From: Octopus vulgaris
Taxonomy: Eukaryota
Reading direction: 5' to 3'
DNA length: 64,000 nt
NCBI GenBank assembly: GCA_951406725.2
Contig: OX597843.1
Location: forward strand, 7,440,001-7,504,000
Positions 14,056-26,102 of this stretch are shown one piece after another. A program made the translations under genes and the position numbers. Each line of letters opens with the position of its first letter. The stretch's first letter is position 1. The notes beneath the pieces were generated by a model. It was not told where the DNA came from. It saw nothing but the letters and a program-made list of their open reading frames with translations, and made no database searches.

Positions 14056-14122
14056 TTGGGGTTGGGTTGCGTTGGGTTAGGGTTAGGGTTAGTTTCAGGG
14101 TCGGGATTGGGGTTGGGGTTAG
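14056..14122 (+). repeat. Degenerate telomere-like (TTAGGG/TTGGGG)n tract
   Basis: TTGGGGTTGGGTTGCGTTGGGTTAGGGTTAGGGTTAG...TTGGGGTTGGGGTTAG directly abutting the 34-bp array. Confidence 0.7.
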
Positions 14123-15400
14123 CCTCGTTCACACATCATGCGTCCATGGAAACAAGCCTTGTTCACACATCATGCGTCCATACAAACAAGCCTCGTTCAC
14201 TCGTCATGCGTCCACACAAACAAGCCTCGTTCACCCGTCATGCGTCCATACAAACAAGCCTCGTTCACACGTCATGCGTCCATACAAACAAGCCTCGTTC
14301 ACCCGTCATGCGTCCATACAAACAAGCCTCGTTCACCCGTCATGCGTCCATACAAACAAGCCTCGTTCACCCTTCATGCGTCCATACAAACAAGCCTCGT
14401 TCACCCGTCATGCGTCCATACAAACAAGACTCGTTCACCCGTCATGCGTCCATACAAACAAGCCTCGTTCACCCGTCATGCGTCCATACAAACAAGCCTC
14501 GTTCACCCGTCATGCGTCCATACAAACAAGCCTCGTTCACACGTCATGCGTCTATACAAACGAGCCTCGTTCACACATGCGTCCATACAAACGAGCCTCG
14601 TTAACACATCATGCGTCCATACAAACAAGCCTCGTTCACCCGTCATGCGTCCATACAAACAAGCCTCGTTCACACATCATGCGTCCATACAAAGAAGCAT
14701 CGTTCACCCGTCATGCGTCCATACAAACAAGCCTCGTTCACCCGTCATGCGTCCATTACAAACAAGCCTCGTTCACACGTCATGCGTCCATACAAACAAG
14801 CCTCGTTTACACGTCATGCTTCCATACAAACAAGCCTCGTTCACACATCATGCGTCCATACAAACAAGCCTCGTTCACACGTCATGCGTCCATACAAACA
14901 AGCCTCGTTCACACATCATGCGTCTATACAAACAAGCCTCGTTCACCCGTCATGCGTCTATACAAACAAGCCTCGTTCACACATGCGTCTATACAAACAA
15001 GCCTCGTTCACCCGTCATGCGTCCATACAAACAATCCTTGTTCACCCGTCATGCGTCCATACAAACAATCCTCGTTCACCCGTAATGCGTCCATACAAAC
15101 AAGCCTCGTTCACCCGTCATGCGTCTATACAAACAAGCCTCGTTCACACATCATGCGTCAATACAATCAAGCCTCGTTCACACATCATGCGTCCATACAA
15201 ACAAGCCTCGTTCACACATCATTCGTCCATACAAATATGCCTCGTTCACATCATGCGTCCATACAAACAAGCCTCGTTCACACATCATTCGTCCATACAA
15301 ACAAGCTTCGTTCACACATCATTCGTCCATACAAACAAGCTTCGTTCACACATCATGCGTTCATACACACAAGCCTCGTTCACACATCCGTCCATACATA
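14121..15400. repeat. 34-bp minisatellite, about 38 units
   Basis: Unit AGCCTCGTTCACCCGTCATGCGTCCATACAAACA; period measured 14291 to 14325. Confidence 0.95.
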
Positions 15401-15409
15401 GATTTTCAT

Positions 15410-15556
15410 ACATTCAGGGGCTTTTAATTCAGGGACAGGTAATTCAGGGGCACGTAATTCATGGGACGGTAATTCAGGGGCAGGTAATTCAGGGGCATGT
15501 AATTGAGGAGCAGGTACTTCAGGGGCATGTAATTCAGGGGCATGTAATTCAGGGTT
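15410..15556. repeat. Short outlier of the 15-bp satellite (about 10 units)
   Basis: TAATTCAGGGGCA(G/T)G units, same as 17710-25762. Confidence 0.9.
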
Positions 15557-15740
15557 AGTGAGTGTGTAACTGTATTTTTCATTTCTATTTGTGTGTGTCT
15601 GTGTGTTTGTGCATGTGTACGTATGTAACTGTTCTAATTTCTGTGTTTGACCGCGTGTTTGAGTGTGAATATGTATCTGTATTTTCATTTGTGTGTTTGT
15701 GAGTGTGTGTGTCTGAGTAGTTTTTTTCAGTGTTTGTTTA

Positions 15741-15793
<53 letters not shown>

Positions 15794-15796
15794 TAG

Positions 15797-15853
<57 letters not shown>

Positions 15854-16668
15854 ATGGCCATAATGGGACATCCGACTCACTAGAGAGAGCAGTTAAACTC
15901 CAAAAAATCGTAAAAGTGTGTCATATCTGAATAATATAATTGAGAGTTACTTCCCTCGCATATTATAATTTAACGAAAGTAATTAAATTACATTTACGGA
16001 AAGTAACTCTGGAAGATGTTATCTAGTTATCTCCCTTCCGAGAGTTAATTTCCTAAAATATAATTTTATTATTGTTAAAATATAATATTCAAGGGAAGTA
16101 ACTGTTAGAAGATACTGTGTAGTTATCTCCCTTAAGTATGTAGTTATCGTAATATACACTTTGTCGCTCTTAGACTCTTTCAGTTAATTCACTGTGACCA
16201 TGGTGGAGCACCGCCTTTAGTGAAGCAAATCAACCACAGGAATTATTATTTGTAAGCCTATTACTTAATGTATAGGTCTCTTTTGCATAACCGATAAGTT
16301 ACTGCGTTTTCATTTCTGTGTGTGTTTGTGCGTATGTGAGTGTGTGAGAGTTTGGATGTGTAACTGTGTCTTTTTCGTTGCTATATTTGTGTGTGTGTGT
16401 TTGTGCGTGTGTAGGTATGTAACTGTTTTCATTTCAGTGTTTGTGTATGTGTGAATGATTTTATTTCTGTGTGTAAGTGTGTGTGAGCCTCTGTGTGTTT
16501 TTATTCGTTTGTGTGTGTGCGACAATTACAGCTACAACAAACACTTTAAGCATCTCTAAGATACCCACATTTGTATATCCCTAATTTCTAAATGAAAAGA
16601 AGTTCAATTTATTGCACCTTTAGCGACTTCAGATTTGCGAGTGTTAAGCACCCCGTATATACATACCT

Positions 16669-16921
16669 TGATCGGCCATAATTGGCCTCATTCGGAGATC
16701 TCTCGGGTGTGGAATATTTATGACTATAGAAGTTAACTTGTTACAGGTTTTGTTTTTGGCTCAACTTTTGTAGATTTTGGGAAGTCCATAGATGTTACTG
16801 GCTTTGCAGTCAAATCTAGTCAAGCAATTTGTCTCCTTGTTTGTTAAACCGTGTTGGAACTGGTGGATAAGAGTAGACAGTTTGGTCATTATCTTCGATT
16901 GACTGTAGTTGTTGATGCTTT
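16669..16921 (-). mobile_element. Penelope-like element reverse transcriptase N-terminal fragment, pseudogenised
   Basis: My translation: ...GLTNKETNCLTRFDCKASNIYGLPKIYKS*AKNKTCNKLTSIVINIPHPRDLRMRPIMAD. YGLPKI.K and RPI are PLE RT motifs 1 and 2. Not in the ORF track. Confidence 0.85.
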
Positions 16922-17709
16922 TAACCGATACAGGTGTGTTTTACTCCCTGTATTTTAGCGGTTCGGCAAAAGAGAACAAGTTAGAATAAATACTAGGCTT
17001 ACAAAGAATAAATACTAGGCTTACAAAGAATATGTGCTGCGGACGATGTGCTCGATTAAAGGCGGCGCTCCAGTATATATATATATATTTATATATACAC
17101 ATACAGATATACGTATATATACCCACACACGCATATATATATAATCTAAAACAAAAATGAAACTTGATTATGTCCGAAGAGTAGTACTAGATAACATTAT
17201 TACTTTATATATTTGTGGGGTGTAGTGAAATGTAAATGATCAGCTGGTCAATATTTATTTGACGTGTGGGTGTTTGTGCGTGTGTGAGGACAGTCCACCC
17301 ATACCCAAGATTGTTGCGTTGTCTTATGGGACCCAGCCGCGAAAGTTCCGGACCCCATTAATGAACTCATTTGCATATCAACAATTAGGGCTCACATTGA
17401 AGTTGTCCGGTTAACAAACAGTAGTGTCTGAATGGGAATTAGCTTGCTTACCTAACAATTACTTCCGAGTTCAGTCCCACTGAGTGGCACGTTAGGCAAA
17501 TGTCTTCTACTAGCATATAGGCTCGAGGCGATAATAACTGTCTCGAGTCTATATGATATTACTTTTCCAAATCCACCACTCTAGCGTGGTTTTCTCAGCA
17601 GTAAATATAAACTAGATAGATATTTATATATATGTTTCTGTGTCCCCAAAACCGCTTGACAACCGATGCTGGTCTTTTTACACTCCAGTAACTTCGGGAA
17701 AAGACGACC

Positions 17710-20700
17710 AATTCAGAGGAAAGGTAATTCAGGGGCATGTAATTCAGGGGCAGGTATTTCAGGGGCATGTCATTCACGGGCAGGTAATTCAGGGGCTGGT
17801 AATTTAGGGATAGATAATTCAGAGGCATGTCATTCAGGGGCAGGTCATTCAGGTGCATGTAATTAAGAGGCAGGTAATTCAGGGCCATGTAATTCAGGTG
17901 TTTGCAATTCAGGGGCGGGTAATTCAGATGCATGGTATTTAGGGGCAGGTAATTCAGGGGCAGGTACTTCAGGGGTATGTAATTCAGGGGCAGGTAATTC
18001 AGGGGTATGTAATTCAGGGCAGGTAATTCAGAGGCAGGTAATTCAGGGGAAGGTAATTCAGATGTATGTTATTCAGGAGAAGGTAATTCAGGGGCAGGTA
18101 ATCCAGGGGCATGTAATTCAGGGGAAGGTAATTCAGGGGCAGGTAATCCAGGGGCATGTAATTAAGGGGCAGGTAGTTCAGGGGCATGTAATTCATGGGC
18201 AGGTAATTGAGGGGCATGTCATTCAGGGGCATGTAATTTAGGGGCAGGTAATTCACGGGCAGGTAATTCACGGGCATGTAATTCAGGTGTATGTAATTTA
18301 TGGGCAGCTAATTCAGGGGTATGTAATTCAGGGGAATGTCATTCAGGGGCAGGTAATTCGGGCATGTAATTCATGTGCGGGTAATTGGGGAAGGTAATCC
18401 AGGTGCAGGTGATTTAGAGTAATGTCATTCATTGGCAGGTAATTCAGGGGCTGGTAATACAGAGCAATGTAATTCAGGGGGAGGTAATTTATAGGAATGT
18501 CATTCATGGGCAGGTAATTCAGGGTCTTGTAATTCAGGGGCATATAATTGAGGTGCAGGTAATTGAGGGGCTTGTAATCCAGGTGTATGTAATTCAGGGG
18601 CATGTAATTCGTGGGTGGGTAATTCAGAGGAATGTAATTCGGGGGGAAGGTAATCCAGGGGCAGGTAATTCAGGCGTAATTCAGGGACAGGTAATTTAGA
18701 GGAATGTCATTCATGGGCAGGTAATCCAGGGGCATATAATTCAGGGGCAGGTCATCGAGGTGCATGTATTTCAGGGGCATGTAATTCACGGGCAGGTAAT
18801 TCAGGGGCTGGTGATTTAGGGATAGATAATTCAGAGGCATGTCATTCAGGGGCAGGTCATTCAGGTGCATGTAATTAAGAGACAGGTAATTCAGGGCCAT
18901 GTAATTCGGTGCTTGTAATTCAGGGGCACGTAATTCAGATGCATGTAATTTAGGGGCAGGTACTTCAGGGGAAGGTAATTTAGGGGCATTTAATTCATGG
19001 GCAGGTAATTGAGGGGCATGTAATTTAGGGCCAGGTAGTTCACGGGCAGGTAATTGAGGGGCATGTCATTCAGGGGCAGGTAATTCAGTGGCATGTAATT
19101 CACGGGCATGTAATTCAAGTGTATGTAATTCAGGGGCAGGTAATTCAGGTGCAGGTTATTCAGGGACTCAGGGGTAGATACTTCAGGGGCATGTAATTCT
19201 GGGGCAGGTAATTCAGGGGCATGTAATTCAGGTGCATGTAATTAATGGGCAGGTAATTCAGGGGTATGTAATTCAGGGGCATGTAATTCGTGGGTGGGTA
19301 ATTCAGAGGAATGTAATTCAGGGGCATGTAATTCAGGGGAAGGTAATCCAGGGGCAGGTAATTCAGGGGTAATTCAGGGACAGGTAACTCAGAGGAATGT
19401 CATTCATCTGCAGGTAATTTAGGGGCAGGTAATCCAGGGGCATGTAATTCAGATGAAAGGTAATTCAGGGCATGTCATTCACGGGCAGGTAATTCAGGGG
19501 CTGGTAATTTAGGGATAGATAATTCAGAGGCATGTCATTCAGGGGCAGGTCATTCAGGGTCATGTAATTTAGGGGCAGGTAGTTCAGGGGCAGGTAATTC
19601 ATGGCCATTTAATTCATGGGCAGGTAATTCAGGGGCAGGTAATTCAGGGGCATGTAATTTAGGGGCAGGTAATTCAGGTGTATGTAATTCAGGTGCAGGT
19701 TATTCAGGGACTCAGGGGTAGATAATTCAGGGGCATGTAATTCAGGTGTATGTAATTCAGGGGCATGTAAATCAGTTGCATGTAATTCAGGGGCATGTAA
19801 TTGAGGGGCATGTAATTCAGGTGTATGTTATTCAGGGGCAGGTTATTCAGGTATAGGTTATTCAGGGGCAGGTAATCCAGGGGTAACTAATTAAGGGGCA
19901 TGTAATTTAGGGGCAGGTAATTCACGGGCAGGTAATTCACGGGCATGTAATTCAGGTGTATGTAATTTATGGGAAGGTAATTCAGGGGTATGTAATTCAG
20001 GGGCATGTCATTCAGGGGCAGGTAAATCGGGCATGTAATTCATGTGCGGGTAATTGAGGGGAAGGTAATCCAGGTGCAGGTGATTTAGAGTAATGTCATT
20101 CATTGGCAGGTAATTCAGGGTCAGGTAATACAGAGCAATGTAATTTAGGGGAAGGTAATCCAGGGGGAGGTAATTTATAGGAATGTCATTCATGGACAGG
20201 TAATTCAGGGTCTTGTAATTCAGGGGCATGTAATTGAGGTGCAGGTAATTGAGGGGCTCGTAATCCAGGTGTATGTAATTCAGGGGCATGTAATTCGTGG
20301 GTGGGTAATTCAGAGGAATGTAATTCGGGGGAAGGTAATCCAGGCGCAGGTAATTCAGGCGTAATTCAGGGACAGGTAATTTAGAGGAATATCATTCATG
20401 GGCAGGTAATCCAGGGGCATGTAATTCAGGGGCAGGTAATCGAGGTGCATGTAATTCAGGGGCATGTCATTCACGGGCAGGTAATTCAGGGGCTGGTAAT
20501 TTAGGGATAGATAATTCAGAGGCATGAAATTCAGGGGCAGGTCATTCAGGTGCATGTAATTAAGAGGCAGGTAATTCAGGTGCTTGTAATTCAGGGGCAC
20601 GTAATTCAAATGCATGTAATTTAGGGGCAGGTACTTCAGGGGAAGGTATTTTAGGGGCATTTAATTCATGGGCAGGTAATTGAGGGGCATGTAATTTAGG

Positions 20701-23700
20701 GCCAGGTAGTTCACGGGCAGTTAATTGAGGGGCATGTCATTCAGGGGCAGGTAATTCACGGGCATGTAAATCAGGTGTATGTAATTCAGGGGCAGGTAAT
20801 TCAAGTGCAGGTTATTCAGGGACTCGGGTAGATACTTGAGGGGCATGTAATTCTGGGGCAGGTAATTCAGGGGCATGTAATTCAGGGGCATTTAATTCAG
20901 GTGCATGTAATTCATGGGCAGGTAATTCAGGGGTATGTAATTCAGGGGCATGTAATTCAGGTGCATGTAATTCAGGGGCAGGTAATTCAGGGGTATGTAA
21001 TTCAGGGGCATGTAATTGAGGTGCAGGTAATTGAGGGGCATGTAATTCAGGTGTCTGTAATTCAGGTGCATGTAATTCAGGGGCATGTAATTCAGGGGCA
21101 GGTAATTCAGAGGAATGTAATTCAGGGGCATGTAATTCAGGGGAAGGTAATCCAGGGGCAGGTAATTCAGGGGTAATTCAGGGACAGGTAATTCAGAGGA
21201 ATGTCAGGTAATTCAGGGCAGGTAATTCAGGGGCAGGTAATTCAGGGGCATGTAATTCAGGGAAAGGTAATTCAGAGGCATGTCATTCACGGGCAGGTAA
21301 TTCAGGGGCATGTAATTTTGGGATAGGTAATTCAGAGGCATGTCATTCAGGGGCAGGTAATTCAGGTGCATGTAATTTAGGGGCAGGTAATTCAGGGGCA
21401 TGTAATTCAGGGGCAGGTAATTCAGGGTCATGTAATTTAGGGGCAGGTACTTCAGGGGCATTTAATTCATGGGCAGGTAATTCATGGGCAGGTAATTCAG
21501 GTGCAGGTTATTCAGGGACTCAGGGGTAGATAATTCAGGGGAGTGTAATTCAGGGGCATGTAAATCAGTTGCATGTAATTCAGGGGCATGTAATTCAGGT
21601 GCATGTAATTCATGGGCAGGTGATTCAGGGGTATGCAATTCAGGGGCATGTCATTCAGGGGCATGTCATTCAGCGAAGGTAATTCAGGGGCAGGTAATTC
21701 AGGGCTAGGTAATCCAGGGGCAGGTAATTCAGGTGTATGTAATTCAGGGGCATGTCATTCACGGGTGGGTAATTTAGGGATAGGTAATTCAGGGGCACAT
21801 CATTCAGAGTCAGATCATTCATGTGCATGTAATTAAGAGTCATGTAATTTAGGGGCAGGTAATTCAGGTGCATGTAATTCAGGGGTAATTCAGGGACAGG
21901 TAATTTAGAGGAATGTCATTCATGGGCAGGTAATTCAGGGGCTTGTAATTCTGGGTTAGGTAATCCAGGGGCATGTAATTCAGGGGCATGTAATCTAGGT
22001 GCAGGTAATTCAGGGGTATGTCAATCACGGGCAGGTAATTTAGGGATAGATAATTCAGGGGCAGGTCATTTAGGTGCATGTAATTGAGGGGCAGGTAATT
22101 GAAGGCCATGTAATTCAGGGGCAGGTAATTCAGGGGCATGTAATTCTGGGGAAGGTAATTCAGGTGTATGTTATTCAGGGGCAGTTAATCCAGGGGTATG
22201 TCATTCACTGGCAGGTAATTCCGGGCAGGTAATTTAGGGATAGATAATTCAGGGGCATATCATTCAGGGTCAGATCATTCATGTGCATGTAATTAAGAGG
22301 CATGTAATTGAGGGGCAGGTAATTCAGGTGCAGGTAATTCAATTCAGGGGCAGGTAATTTAGAGGTATGTCATTCATTGGCAGATAATTCAGGGACATGT
22401 AATTAAGGGGCAGGTAGTTCAGGGGCATGTAATTCATGGGCAGGTAATTGAGGGGCATGTCATTCAGGGGCATGTATTTTAGGGGCAGGTAATTCACGGG
22501 CAGGTAATTCAGGGGCATGTAATTCAGGTGTATGTAATTCAGGGGCAGGTAATTGAGGGGCATGTAATTTAGGGGCAGATAATTCAGGGGCATGTAATTC
22601 AGGAGCTGATAATTCAGGTGTATGTAATTCAGGGGCATTTAATTCAGGTGCACTTCATTCAGGGGCAGGTAATTCAGGGGCATGTAATTCGGGCATGTAA
22701 TTCATGGGCGGGTAATTGAGGGGAAGGTAATCCAGGGGCAGGTAATTCAGAGGAATGTAATTCAGGGGTAATTTAGGGACAGGTAATTTATAGGAATGTC
22801 ATTCATGGGCAGGTAATTCAGGGGCATGGGGCATGTAATTCAGATGAAATGTAATTCAGGGGCAGGTAATCTAGGTGCAGGTATTTCAGGGGTATGTCAT
22901 TCACGGGCAGGTAATTCAGGGGCAGATAATTTAGGGATAGACAATTCAGAGACATGTCATTCAGGGGCAGGTCATTCAGGTGCATGTAATTAAGAGACAT
23001 GTAATTGAGGGGCAGGTAATTCAGGGTCATGTAATTCAGGTGTTTGTAATTCAGGGGCAGGTAATTCAGATGCATGTAATTTAGTGGCAGGTAATTCAGG
23101 GGCAGGTAATTCAGGGTTAAGTAATTAAGGGGCATGTCATTCAGAGCAAGGTAATTCAGACGCAGGTAATTGAGGGGCAGGTAATTCAGGTTTATGTAAT
23201 TCAGGTGCAGGTAATTCAGGGGCATGTAATTAAGGGGCATGTAATTCAGGGGCATGGAATTGAGGTGCAGGGAATTGAGGTGCAGGTAATTCAGATGTAT
23301 GTAATTCAGGGGAAGGTAATTCAGGGGCATGTAATTCAAGGGCATGTAATTCGTTGGTGGGTAATTCAGAGCAATGTATTTCAGGGGCATGTAATTCAGG
23401 TGCATGTAATTCAGGGGCATGTAATTGAGGTGCAGGTAATTGAGGGGCATGTAATTCAGGTGTATGTAATTCAGGGGTAGGTAATTCAGGGGCATGTAAT
23501 TCGTGGGTGGGTAATTCAGAGCAATATATTTCAGGGGAAGGTAATCCAGGGGCAGGTAATTCAGGGGTAATTCAGGGACAGGTAATTTAGAGGAATGTCA
23601 TTCATGGGCAGGTAATTTAGGGGCAGGTAATCGAGGGGCATGTAATTCAGGGGCATGTAATTCAGATGAAAGGTGATTCAGGGGCATGTAATTCAGATGA

Positions 23701-25762
23701 AAGGTGATTCAGGGGCATGTAATTCAGGGGCAGGTAATCTAGGTGCAGGTAATTCAGAGGCATGTCATTCACGGGTAGGTAATTCAGGGGCCGGTAATTT
23801 AGGGATAGATAATTCAGAGGCAGGTCATTCAGGTGCATGTAAATAAGAGGCAGGTAATTCAGGGGCATGTAATTTCAGGTGTTTGTAATTCAGGGGCAGG
23901 TAATTCAGATGCATGTAATTTAGGGGCAGGTACTTCAGGGGTATATAATTCAGGGGCAGGTAATTGAGGGGAAGTTAATTCAGGTGTATGTAATTCAGGG
24001 GCAGGTAATTCATGGCTAGGTAATTGAGTGGCATGTAATATAGGGGCAGGTAATTCACGGGCAGGTAATTCACGGGCATGTAATTCAGGTGTATGTAATT
24101 CATGGGCAGGTAATTGAGGGGCATGTCATTCAGGGGCACGTAATTCAGGCGCATGTAATTTTGGGGCAGGAAATTCACGGGCAGGTAATTCACGGGCATG
24201 TAATTCAGGTGTATGTAATTCAGGGGCAGGTAATTCAGGTGCAGGTTATTCAGGGACTCAGGGGTAGATAATTCAGGGGCATGTAATTCAGGGTCAGGTA
24301 ATTCAGGTGTATGTAATTCAGGGACAGGTAATTCAGGGGCATGTAATTCATGGGCAGGTTATTCAGGGGCATGTAATTTAGGGGCAAGTAATTTAGGGGC
24401 AGGTAATTTAGAGGAATATTGGCAAATAATTCAAGGACATGTAATTAAGGGGCAGGTAGTTCAGGGGCATGTAATTCATGGGCAGGTAATTTAGGGGCAT
24501 GTAATTCATGGGCGGGTAATTGAGGCGAAGGTAATCCAGGGGCAGGTAGTTCAGGTGCAGGTGATTTAGAGGAATGTCATTCATTGGCAGGTAATTCAGG
24601 GGCAGGTAATTTAGAGTGTAATTCAGGGGAAGGTAATCCAGGGGCAGGTAATTCAGGGGTAATTCAGGGAAAGGTAATTTATAGGGATGTCATTCATGGG
24701 CAGGTGATTGAGGGGCAGGTAATTCACGGGCAGGTAATTCAGAGGAGTGTAATTCAGGGGTAATTCAGGGACAGGTAATTTATAGGAATGTCATTCATGG
24801 GCTGGTGATTGAGGGGCATGTCATTCAGGGACAGGTAATTCAGGGGCCCATAATTTAGGGGCAGGTAATTCAAAGGCATGTAATTCAGGTGTATGTAATT
24901 CAGGAGCAGGTAATTCAGATGCAGGTTATTCAGGGACATGTGACTCAGGGGCAGGTAATTCAGGGGCAGGTAATTCAGGTGTATGTAATTCAGGGGCATG
25001 TAATTCAGGTGCATGTAATTCATGGGCAGGTAATTCAGGGGCATGTAATTCAGGGGAAGGTAATTTAGGGGCAGGAACTTCAGGGGCAGATTATTGAGTG
25101 TCAGGTTATTCAGGTATAGGTTATTCAGGGACAGGTAATCCAGGGGTAAGTAATTAAGGGGCAGGTCATTCAGGGGCAGGTAATTCAGGGGCAGGTAATT
25201 CATGGGCATGGTAATTCATAATTCAGGGGCATGTCATTCAGGTGCAGGTAATTCAGGGGCATGTAATTAAGGGGCATGTAATTCAGGTGCATGTAATTCT
25301 GGGTTAGGTAATCCAGGGGCATGTAATTGAGGGGTAGTTAATTCAGGGGTAGGTAATTCAGGGGCATGTAATTCAGGGGCATGTAATTCATGGGTGGGTA
25401 ATTCAGAGGAATGTAATTCAGGGGAAGGTAATTCAGGGACAGGTAATTTAGAGGAATGTCATTCATGGGCAGGTAATTCAGGGTTAGGTAATCCAGGGGC
25501 ATGTAATTCTGGGGCAGGTAATCTAGGTGCAGGTAATTCAGGGGCATGTCATTCACGGGCAGGTAATTCATGGGCAGGTAATTTAGGGATAGATAATTCA
25601 GGGTCAGGTCATACAGGTGCATGTAATTAAGAGGCATGTAATTGAGGGGCAGATAATTCAGGGCCATGTAATTCAGATGCATGTAATTTAGGGGCAGGTA
25701 ATTCAGGGGTATGTAATTTTGGGGCAGGTAATTCAGGTGTATCTTATTCTGGTGTATGTTAT
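17710..25762. repeat. 15-bp satellite, about 8 kb, ending at an assembly gap
   Basis: Hundreds of diverged TAATTCAGGGGCA(G/T)G units; gives spurious (LNYLP/LNYMP)n and (VIQGH/VIQGQ)n ORFs. Confidence 0.97.
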
Positions 25763-25862
25763 NNNNNNNNNNNNNNNNNNNNNNNNNNNNNNNNNNNNNN
25801 NNNNNNNNNNNNNNNNNNNNNNNNNNNNNNNNNNNNNNNNNNNNNNNNNNNNNNNNNNNNNN
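25763..25862. other. Assembly gap (100 N)
   Basis: Exactly 100 N, conventional unknown-size gap. Confidence 0.99.
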
Positions 25863-26102
25863 TTACGGAGACAAAATGTTGTACTATATACTGCAGGTTA
25901 TCTCCATTAAAATTATATTTAGCATTAGAATTCTTCAAGTTGTATAAAAATGGTTATTGTCTGCATCATTCGAAAGCGAAATAAATTTTGCATAAGGTGT
26001 AAAAGATAAAAATAATTTGTATGGTGTTAGTAACAAAATATTTTGTAAGAAATAGAACTTTTATCGTCTGTCTTAAATATATTTTCGCCAGTGTATATAT
26101 CT

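Noticed and set aside
13986-15558. Long ORFs (471, 315 aa) in several + frames
   Set aside because: The 34-bp unit has no + strand stop and rotates frames; no domain or splice support.
17595-25682. (LNYLP/LNYMP)n repeat-protein ORFs
   Set aside because: Frequent frameshifts and stops; a simple consequence of a 15-bp unit.
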